Shown: positions 1 to 5,664, counted from the stretch's first letter. The stretch: 6,537 bases of DNA from Candidatus Wukongarchaeum yapensis (GCA_016840425.1 JAEOSI010000129.1:1-6537), one strand, 5' to 3'. Translations and numbers: made by a program. The notes: generated by a model from the sequence alone, not told the origin.

Positions 1-2
1 AG

Positions 3-128
3 GCGGAATTTACAACGGTGGAGGATGAGGACGGTCTTCTTAGATCTGTAGCGGTTTGTCCTAAGTGTAAAAGCCAGAACATAGTTATAAGTTGGTGGGT
101 AGAAGGAGAAAAGAAAACTGAAACATAA
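3..128 (+). CDS. 3' end of a gene truncated by the window edge; small protein with a CxxC (possible zinc-ribbon knuckle), function unknown
   Basis: Open frame from base 3: AEFTTVEDEDGLLRSVAVCPKCKSQNIVISWWVEGEKKTET, stop TAA 126-128. CPKC at 57-68. Purine-rich coding-like composition, followed by an AT-rich intergenic region with T-runs. Confidence 0.6.
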   Translation, partial: AEFTTVEDEDGLLRSVAVCPKCKSQNIVISWWVEGEKKTET

Positions 129-260
129 AAAAGATGGGAGTTAAGAAGTGATATGAGTTTACTGGGTTGCTGGTTTTTACTTAGGCCCTAGTTTTGAAGT
201 TTGATAGTGTTTGAAAATTTTTTAATTGTTTTTTGGACTGTTATTTTAACTGTTTCTGCC

Positions 261-278
261 TCCCTTTAAAAAAAGGGA
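261..278. terminator. Short hairpin in the convergent intergenic region, possible terminator element
   Basis: TCCCTTT(261-267)-AAAA-AAAGGGA(272-278) is a perfect 7-bp inverted repeat between two convergent genes. Oligo-T tracts occur on both strands nearby. Archaeal termination usually relies on oligo-T, so the hairpin role is uncertain. Confidence 0.3.
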
Positions 279-328
279 AGTTAAGGTATTATCTTTAAAT
301 TTAAAAAATATGTGTGTTTTTTTTGTTT

Positions 329-664
329 TTATTCTTCTTCTTCTTCTTCTTCTTCTTCTCCTTCGCCTAGTTCTAGTTCTTCTAGTTCTTCTGGTTCAAG
401 GGGTGTCGGTGGTGGAGTTGTGGCTATGGTATAGCCAATCCATGCGGCGATTCCTAAGACTACTATCATCGCGATAAAAATCGGCAAAGCTAGAGCCCAG
501 TATGCTGATGGCCATTCGATTCCTATGAGTGGTATTTCGTCTCCTCTTTTTGTGGGATATGTCCAATCCATTAGGGGACCTACGATAGCCCAGAGGGTCC
601 ATCCGACTAGGATTATCAGAGATAGTCCGCATATTGTGAAACCGATTGTTTTATCTTTTGCCAT
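329..664 (-). CDS. 111-aa two-transmembrane-helix protein with Pro-rich linker and poly-Glu tail; DPM2/PIG-P-like (inferred)
   Basis: ATG at 664-662, GGAGGT SD 10 nt upstream, TAA at 331-329. Hydrophobic segments at about aa 7-29 and aa 54-81, then TTPPPTP and an acidic tail. Motifs D-x3-G-x6-SLII-x4-T-x-W-x-I-x2-P-x2-D and WP-x2-YWA-x-ALP. CDS confidence is high; the family call is moderate. Confidence 0.85.
   Translation of the reverse strand: MAKDKTIGFTICGLSLIILVGWTLWAIVGPLMDWTYPTKRGDEIPLIGIEWPSAYWALALPIFIAMIVVLGIAAWIGYTIATTPPPTPLEPEELEELELGEGEEEEEEEEE
332..358 (-). repeat. (GAA)9 trinucleotide run encoding the terminal poly-Glu of the membrane protein
   Basis: Plus strand reads (TTC)9 from 332 to 358, immediately before the stop codon on the minus strand. 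Confidence 0.9.
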
Positions 665-674
665 TTGTTATTTT

Positions 675-680
675 ACCTCC
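675..680 (-). promoter_or_regulatory. Shine-Dalgarno site (GGAGGT) for the 329..664 gene
   Basis: Plus-strand ACCTCC at 675-680 is GGAGGT on the minus strand, 10 nt upstream of the ATG. Confidence 0.75.
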
Positions 681-710
681 AAATTTCCTTTACAAAACGA
701 TCATAGGGGA

Positions 711-724
711 TATTGAAACTTTCT
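711..724 (-). promoter_or_regulatory. Possible weak BRE/TATA for the 329..664 gene
   Basis: Minus strand AGAAAG-TTTCAATA resembles GAAAG-TTTAAATA with one mismatch and would give a short leader containing the SD. The AT-rich context makes a chance match likely. Confidence 0.3.
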
Positions 725-775
725 TTTTATTTTTTTTGTTTTTATTGGTTGGACGGATAAAGAATATGAGTAAAC

Positions 776-790
776 TATTTAACGTTTTTC
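776..790 (-). promoter_or_regulatory. Alternative BRE/TATA candidate for the 329..664 gene
   Basis: Minus strand GAAAAACG-TTAAATA, about 110 nt upstream of the ATG. Confidence 0.3.
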
Positions 791-875
791 CTTTTTTTTG
801 TGGTTAAAAGTGGAAATTAAACTCTTGTTACGGGGTTTGTTTTTTGACTTGTTAGAAATTTTTGTTTCTTTTTTT

Positions 876-2276
876 CTAGTTTTCAAGTTTTTTGATTTCT
901 TTTATTACTTTTGTTTTTGCTTCTTCAAGGAGTTCTTTTACACGTTCTTGGGTGTGAGCTTCTGCTTGTATTCTTATTTGTGGTTCGGTGTTTGAAGGTC
1001 TTATTAGAATCCAGTCGCCGTTTTCATGGGTTATTCTTACACCGTCAAGGGTTGAAATTTCTACTTTTTCTTCTTTAAGGGCTTCTTCGGCTATTTTTTC
1101 GACTATTTGGAACTTGATTTGGTCTTTACACTGTATGTTTTCTTTTAGGAATGGGTAGGATGGGACTTTTTCTAAAAGGTTTGAAAACTTTTCTTTTTTC
1201 TCTGAGAGAATTGAAGCCATTAGAAGACTTGCCATTATGGCGTCATCATAATAATAGCCGTAGATAGGTAGAAAGAAATGAGCGCTTATTTCTACGCCGA
1301 AAATGGCTTTATGTTCTTTGGCGGTTTCAGCTACAAAAACGTCTCCTACCCGGCATCTTATCACTTTTCCCCCGAATTTTGACACTTCTTCATCTATGAC
1401 CATGCTACAGGAGACATTGGCGATAACTGTGCCTTTACCGCCGTTTTCGGCAATTAGTTCTTCTGCTATGATTGTTGCTGCTCTCTCGGTTTGAACTTTT
1501 CTTCCTTTATCATCAACGAGGATGGCCCGGTCTCCGTCCCCGTCAAAGGCGAGACCAAGATCTGCATTAGAGCTTACAACTAGGGATCTAAGGTCGTCTA
1601 AGGGATCTTCTAAAGGATCGGGTGAGCGTCCGGGAAAAGTGCCGTCTGGTTGATTATTCAAGGTTATTGTTTGGCATCCTGCTTTTTTAAAGAGGTATGG
1701 AGCCACGACAGAGGCGGCTCCATTGCCTGTATCTAAAACTACGGGTGTGGGGTCAGAAACAGTGATTTTTGAGAGAATAAAGTCAATGTATTTGGAGACG
1801 GCGATTTTATTGGATATTTGGTGGGTTTTTCCAAGTTTGTCCCAGGGAGCCCTTTTAAAATCGTTTGAATAAAAGAGGTTTTTTATCTTTTGATTCTCCG
1901 AAGTAAAACCTGTTCCGTCGAATCTTCTAAAACGTATCCCGTTATCCTTTGCGGGGTTATGAGATGCTGTAATTACGGCACCACCGTCGCAAGTTTCTTG
2001 CCATATCATAAAGTTAACAGTTGAAATTGGAAGAGTACCATAAGAAATAACATCGACGCCTGTAGAGTTTAAACCTGCAACAAAAGCATTTTCAACTATT
2101 TGACTACTTGTACGCACATCCCTTCCAGTTATTATTGTGCCTTTCCCTCCGATAAAGGTCCCATAGGTTAATCCTATCCTTGTAACAACTTCGGGAGTAA
2201 GCTCTTTATTAAAAGGACCGCGAATATCATAACTTCGAAATATATGTTGTATCTCCTCATAAACCAAAAAGATCAC
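876..2276 (-). CDS. Alpha-D-phosphohexomutase (phosphomannomutase/phosphoglucomutase, AlgC/ManB-type)
   Basis: All four family motifs are present: N-terminal FRSYDIRG, catalytic loop ITASHNP (Ser105, codon 1964-1962), metal loop FDGDGDR (1544-1527) and phosphate-binding RPSNTEP. The sugar loop reads GVEISAH. YDIRG is typical of PMM/PGM rather than GlmM (GTDGIRG). Start is GTG 2276 or, since that GTGATC looks like an SD, TTG at 2267. Stop TAG 878-876. Confidence 0.93.
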   Translation of the reverse strand: MIFLVYEEIQHIFRSYDIRGPFNKELTPEVVTRIGLTYGTFIGGKGTIITGRDVRTSSQIVENAFVAGLNSTGVDVISYGTLPISTVNFMIWQETCDGGAVITASHNPAKDNGIRFRRFDGTGFTSENQKIKNLFYSNDFKRAPWDKLGKTHQISNKIAVSKYIDFILSKITVSDPTPVVLDTGNGAASVVAPYLFKKAGCQTITLNNQPDGTFPGRSPDPLEDPLDDLRSLVVSSNADLGLAFDGDGDRAILVDDKGRKVQTERAATIIAEELIAENGGKGTVIANVSCSMVIDEEVSKFGGKVIRCRVGDVFVAETAKEHKAIFGVEISAHFFLPIYGYYYDDAIMASLLMASILSEKKEKFSNLLEKVPSYPFLKENIQCKDQIKFQIVEKIAEEALKEEKVEISTLDGVRITHENGDWILIRPSNTEPQIRIQAEAHTQERVKELLEEAKTKVIKEIKKLEN

Positions 2277-2337
2277 AACCGTTACATTTCCTAAACCTTA
2301 AATAAATAAAAATTTAAGTCTATTTTAAGTGTTGTAA

Positions 2338-2373
2338 CGCGAAGTTTTTAAACCTGCGCGAAGTTTAAAAACA
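2338..2373 (+). promoter_or_regulatory. Two tandem BRE/TATA-like elements upstream of S19
   Basis: CGCGAAGTTT is repeated exactly at 2338-2347 and 2357-2366, continuing TTAAACC and AAAAACA respectively. Each resembles archaeal CGAA-G-TTT(T/A)AAA, 40-70 nt upstream of the S19 start. Confidence 0.55.
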
Positions 2374-2411
2374 GAGAACGCATACTTTTTGGTTTGAAAG
2401 GTGTTGTTATC

Positions 2412-2825
2412 GTGTCGGCGAAGAAAAAGGTTGTTTATAGGGGCTACACGCTTGAAGAGCTGCAATCGCTTAGCATGGATGATATTATAAACTTGTTGCC
2501 TTCAAGACAGCGTCGCTCTCTCCTTAGAGGTTTATCGGAGTCTCAGAGGAAGCTGATAGAGCGGTTGCGCAAAGCGAAAAAGATTGCTTTGAAAGAAGGA
2601 GAAGTGCCTGTGGTACGCACACATTGCAGAGACCTCATAATTCTGCCAGAATTTGTCGGGTTAAAGATCGCAATCCATAATGGAAAAGAGTTCATAGAGA
2701 CAGAGATTAGACCGGAAATGATAGGGCATTATTTGGGAGAGTATGCGCCTACTAACAAGATAATAAAACATAGTGCGCCAGGAGTCGGAGCTACTAAAAG
2801 CTCTTTGTATGTACCTCTAAAATAA
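2412..2825 (+). CDS. rps19p: 30S ribosomal protein S19 (uS19), archaeal type
   Basis: YRGYTLEEL...LLPSRQRRSL, VRTHCRDLIILPE, GHYLGEYA and C-terminal PGVGATKSSLYVPLK. Start reassigned from TTG 2394 to in-frame GTG 2412, 8 nt after SD AGGTG (2399-2403). Confidence 0.97.
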   Translation: MSAKKKVVYRGYTLEELQSLSMDDIINLLPSRQRRSLLRGLSESQRKLIERLRKAKKIALKEGEVPVVRTHCRDLIILPEFVGLKIAIHNGKEFIETEIRPEMIGHYLGEYAPTNKIIKHSAPGVGATKSSLYVPLK

Positions 2826-2852
2826 TTTTGGATATGCGTATCTTTAATTTTT

Positions 2853-2868
2853 GGAAAGATTTTAAATA
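2853..2868 (+). promoter_or_regulatory. Internal BRE/TATA promoter upstream of L22
   Basis: GGAAAGA-TTTTAAATA in the 107-nt S19-L22 spacer, directly after a T5 tract (2848-2852). SD GGTGGT at 2919-2924. Confidence 0.55.
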
Positions 2869-2932
2869 AAACGAGTTTACTATTTGTTTATTCCTTATCA
2901 ACTTTAGTTTGTTTCGTTGGTGGTAGATAGGC

Positions 2933-3403
2933 TTGTCTCCGAGTCATAAGTACAGCATTGTAGGTCTTGACCCAGACAGGACCGCTATAGCAGTAGCTAG
3001 GGATCTTAGAATCAGCCCTAAAGCGACTAGAGAGATCTGTAACACGATAAAAGGTCTTTATGTGGAAGAAGCTCGAAGTTTCTTAGAAGACGTTATTGCT
3101 AAAAAGAAGCTTGTACCATTCAAAAGGTATAAGAAGAAATTAGCGCACCACCCAGGTTTGGAGGAATGGAAGTGGTATTGTGGCAGGTATCCTGTTAAAG
3201 CTGCAAAGTATATTCTTCGTTTACTTGATAATTTGATAAATAATGCGGAGTATAAAGGTATAGATGTGGAGAGATCTAGAATTATTCATGCAGTAACTCA
3301 TAAAGGGCCTAAAATAAAGAGATTTTTCCCGAGAGCTTTTGGGAGAACTTCTCCTAAATCTGATATATTAACTCATATAGAGATAGCTCTAGAGGAAGAG
3401 TAG
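2933..3403 (+). CDS. rpl22p: 50S ribosomal protein L22 (uL22), archaeal type
   Basis: YS...DPDRTA, RDLRISPK..REIC, GRYPVKAA, FPRAFGR, THIEIAL. TTG start 8 nt after GGTGGT. Confidence 0.97.
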   Translation: MSPSHKYSIVGLDPDRTAIAVARDLRISPKATREICNTIKGLYVEEARSFLEDVIAKKKLVPFKRYKKKLAHHPGLEEWKWYCGRYPVKAAKYILRLLDNLINNAEYKGIDVERSRIIHAVTHKGPKIKRFFPRAFGRTSPKSDILTHIEIALEEE

Positions 3404-3434
3404 TTTAAAAAGGTGGATGATAGAGGAAGAAAAA

Positions 3435-4229
3435 ATGCCTGTAGTTAAAAATATTCTAAAAGATTCGTTTCTTTATACGCAAATTGATGAGTTTCTAGCT
3501 AAGCGTCTTAAAAGGGCTGGATATGCAGGATTAGATATTCGGAAAACGCCCTTAGGTACTAGGGTTATAGTTTATGCTGCTTATCCGGGGATAGTTATCG
3601 GTCGGCGTGGTCGTAACATAAACGACATTACTAAAGAACTTGAAAAGAAGTTTAACTTTGATAGCGTGCAGGTAGAAATTAGCGAAGTGGAAAACCCGGA
3701 GCTTAATTCAAAAATTATGGCTTCTAGGCTGATTTCAAGCTTGGAGCGCGGGTTTCAGTTTCGTCGTGCAGGTTATTCGATTATCAGGAGGGTGATGAAG
3801 GCGGGGGCGAGAGGTTGCGAGGTTAGGATAAGCGGGAAACTTACGAGTCAGAGGTCTCGAACTATAACTTTTCGCCAAGGTTTTGTGGCGAAATGCGGCG
3901 AGCCTGCTAAGATTTTTGTGGATGAAGCGGTTGCTTATTCTGTTTTGAAGCCAGGGGTTACGGGGGTTAAAGTTAGGATTATGCGCTCTGATGCGAAAAT
4001 GCCTGACGAGATATCGATAAAGCTACCGGAGGAAGTTACGCCACCTAAAGAAGAAGAAGAAGAAGAAGAGATAGAGGAAGTAGAAGAGGTTTTAGGGGAA
4101 GAAAGGAAAGAAGTAGAAGAGGTAGCAGAAGTAGAAGAGGTAGCAGAGGAAGAAAGGAAAGAAGTAGAAGAGGTAGCAGAAGTAGAAGAGGTAGCAGAGG
4201 AAGAAAGGAAAGAAGTAGAAGAAGAATGA
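3435..4229 (+). CDS. rps3p: 30S ribosomal protein S3 (uS3) with a long acidic repetitive C-terminal tail
   Basis: KH-domain motif PGIVIGRRGRNI, GARGCEVRISGKL, GVTGVKVRIM. Preferred start is ATG 3435 (MPVVK..., GAGG 8 nt upstream). In-frame ATG 3417 is an alternative. Confidence 0.97.
   Translation: MPVVKNILKDSFLYTQIDEFLAKRLKRAGYAGLDIRKTPLGTRVIVYAAYPGIVIGRRGRNINDITKELEKKFNFDSVQVEISEVENPELNSKIMASRLISSLERGFQFRRAGYSIIRRVMKAGARGCEVRISGKLTSQRSRTITFRQGFVAKCGEPAKIFVDEAVAYSVLKPGVTGVKVRIMRSDAKMPDEISIKLPEEVTPPKEEEEEEEIEEVEEVLGEERKEVEEVAEVEEVAEEERKEVEEVAEVEEVAEEERKEVEEE
4097..4222 (+). repeat. Perfect in-frame 51-bp tandem repeat (about 2.5 copies) with an internal 18-bp duplication
   Basis: Units 4098-4148, 4149-4199 and partial 4200-4222 are nucleotide-identical (EERKEVEEVAEVEEVAE). 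Each full unit contains GAAGTAGAAGAGGTAGCA twice. Confidence 0.95.
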
Positions 4230-4272
4230 TTGGAAATTATTAGTTTTTCAAGGAGATTTTGGAGGGTTTTTA

Positions 4273-4479
4273 GTGCCTATTCTTAGGAAAAGTGAGATTA
4301 GAGCCATGGATAAAGAGGCAAGGTTTAAGAAACTTAGCGAGTTGAGGGCAGAACTATCGAAGATAATGGCGGAAAAGGCAGGTGGTGGAAGTTTAGAAAA
4401 TCCTGGTCGTGTTAGGGCGTTAAAAAGAGTTATAGCGAGGATATTAACGATTAATCGTGAGGAAGAACTTTCAACTTAA
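4273..4479 (+). CDS. rpl29p: 50S ribosomal protein L29 (uL29)
   Basis: MPILRKSEIR..., GGSLENPGRVRALKRVIARILTI is the typical archaeal uL29 pattern. GTG start, SD GGAGG 4261-4265, position after S3. Confidence 0.96.
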   Translation: MPILRKSEIRAMDKEARFKKLSELRAELSKIMAEKAGGGSLENPGRVRALKRVIARILTINREEELST

Positions 4480-4497
4480 GGAGGTAAAGATTATAAG

Positions 4498-4782
4498 GTG
4501 AAAATAACGCCGAAAAACATAATACAACACGAGTTAATAGGACGAAAAGTCTTCATAACAAAAGCAACTCATAAGGGTTACGAAGGCCTTAAAGGCATTA
4601 TTATTGGTGAAACTCGTAATATGTTCATTATTCGTTCCAATGGTAATAAAGTTTATAAGATCCCGAAAAAGGTTTGTGTTTTTCGGTTTGATTTGCCGGA
4701 TAATTTGATGGTTGAAGTAAAGGGGTTCCTCCTTGTAGGGAAGCCGGAAAATAGGTTAAAAAAGCGTTTGAGAACTTATTGA
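4498..4782 (+). CDS. rnp1: Ribonuclease P protein component 1 (Rpp29/Pop4 family)
   Basis: ITPKNIIQHELIG, G.IIGETRNM, IPK..CVFRF, G..LVGKPENRLKK. Conserved position between L29 and S17. GTG start, GGAGGT at 4480-4485. Confidence 0.93.
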   Translation: MKITPKNIIQHELIGRKVFITKATHKGYEGLKGIIIGETRNMFIIRSNGNKVYKIPKKVCVFRFDLPDNLMVEVKGFLLVGKPENRLKKRLRTY

Positions 4783-4818
4783 AACTGAACCTTGAAATTG
4801 GTATGAGGAAGATTGAAA

Positions 4819-5154
4819 ATGGCGAAAGTAAAAGTGAGAGACATAGGTTTAGGAGTACCAGCACCGAAAACAGCTTGTAATGATAAACATTGTCCTTTTC
4901 ATGGGAATCTTTCCGTTAGAGGTAGATTAATTACTGGTACCGTAGTGAGTGATAAGATGGATAAAACTGTAGTCATAGCGCGTAATTATTCTTTTTATGT
5001 GAAAAAATATGAAAGATATGAACGTCGTCGTAGTAAAATAAGCGCTCATGCTCCTCCCTGCCTTGATATTAAGATGGGCGATGAGGTAAAAATTGCAGAG
5101 TGCCGTCCGTTATCAAAAACTGTAAGCTTTGTTGTTATTCAGAAGTTAACTTAA
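4819..5154 (+). CDS. rps17p: 30S ribosomal protein S17 (uS17), archaeal type
   Basis: RDIGLGV..P...[62 protein letters not shown] 4819 preferred over TTG 4813. Confidence 0.97.
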   Translation: MAKVKVRDIGLGVPAPKTACNDKHCPFHGNLSVRGRLITGTVVSDKMDKTVVIARNYSFYVKKYERYERRRSKISAHAPPCLDIKMGDEVKIAECRPLSKTVSFVVIQKLT

Positions 5155-5200
5155 TAATTTGTAATTAGAAAATTAGAAGAGAGATAGGAGACAAAAATTT

Positions 5201-5620
5201 ATGGCGATTGTACAAAAACCTAGAAGAACGCCTAGGCAAAAAATTTCTAAGGGACTGCCTGTGGGTGCAAGAGTAAAATGTACAGACAATACTGGAGGAA
5301 AAGTGCTTTCTATTTTGGCTGTTGTCGGATATAAAGGACGTAAGGCTAGAACTCCCTCTGCAGGCGTAGGAGATATGGTTGTTGTTTCAGTCAAAAAGGG
5401 CACGCCGCAACTAAGACGGCAGATACTTACCGCGATAATTGTAAGGCAAAAAAAGCCTTATAAAAGAAAAAACGGTATTACGATATCTTTTGAGGATAAT
5501 GCAGCAGTTTTAACGGCCCCTACAGGTGAGCCTAAAGGATCGGAAATTAGAGGACCTATAGCACGAGAAGTAGCGGAAAGATGGCCCCGTATAGCGGGAG
5601 CTTCATCCATCATTGTGTAA
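5201..5620 (+). CDS. rpl14p: 50S ribosomal protein L14 (uL14)
   Basis: GLPVGARVKCTDNTG, AGVGDMVVVSVKKG, FEDNAAV, KGSEIRGPIAREVAERWPRIA. ATG with AGGAG SD at 5186-5190. Confidence 0.98.
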   Translation: MAIVQKPRRTPRQKISKGLPVGARVKCTDNTGGKVLSILAVVGYKGRKARTPSAGVGDMVVVSVKKGTPQLRRQILTAIIVRQKKPYKRKNGITISFEDNAAVLTAPTGEPKGSEIRGPIAREVAERWPRIAGASSIIV

Positions 5621-5664
5621 AAAATTATGAATTTTATGATCTGTGTTTTAGGAGGAACTATGCT

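Noticed and set aside
134-191. Two tiny plus-strand ORFs (134-151 MGVKK; 153-191 MSLLGCWFLLRP)
   Set aside because: Too short, no convincing SD, expected by chance.
129-328. Search for tRNA, C/D-box sRNA or other ncRNA in the larger intergenic regions (also 665-875)
   Set aside because: Very AT-rich, no cloverleaf, no paired C (RUGAUGA) and D (CUGA) boxes, and no extended GC stems.
396-632. 78-aa minus-strand ORF
   Set aside because: Alternative frame nested inside the 329..664 gene, which has the SD, the membrane topology and the family-like motifs.
525-716. 63-aa plus-strand ORF
   Set aside because: Antisense to the membrane-protein gene, no SD, no recognisable motif.
798-995. 65-aa Phe-rich plus-strand ORF that looks like a membrane peptide
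   Set aside because: The hydrophobicity is an artefact of reading the T-rich antisense of the Lys/Glu-rich mutase C-terminus and the A-rich spacer.
1303-1494. 63-aa plus-strand ORF
   Set aside because: Antisense shadow within the mutase gene.
2394-2411. N-terminal MKGVVI of S19 in the ORF track
   Set aside because: This stretch contains the SD (AGGTG). GTG 2412 matches homologue N-termini.
4097-4222. Possible CRISPR array or mobile-element repeat
   Set aside because: Units are contiguous with no spacers, are a multiple of 3 long and lie in frame inside S3, so this is a coding tandem repeat.
4628-4864. 78-aa minus-strand ORF
   Set aside because: Antisense to Rpp29/S17, no supporting signals.
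4803-4880. Out-of-frame ATG ORF (25 aa) upstream of and overlapping S17
   Set aside because: Lies upstream of the S17 SD with no SD of its own and in a different relative frame from the L24/S4e cases, so not counted in that pattern.
5173-5403. 76-aa minus-strand ORF
   Set aside because: Antisense shadow of L14.
5581-5664. 28-aa N-terminal extension of L24 given by the ORF track
   Set aside because: Overlaps the L14 3' end and has no homology to uL24. SD AGGAGG points to TTG 5665.
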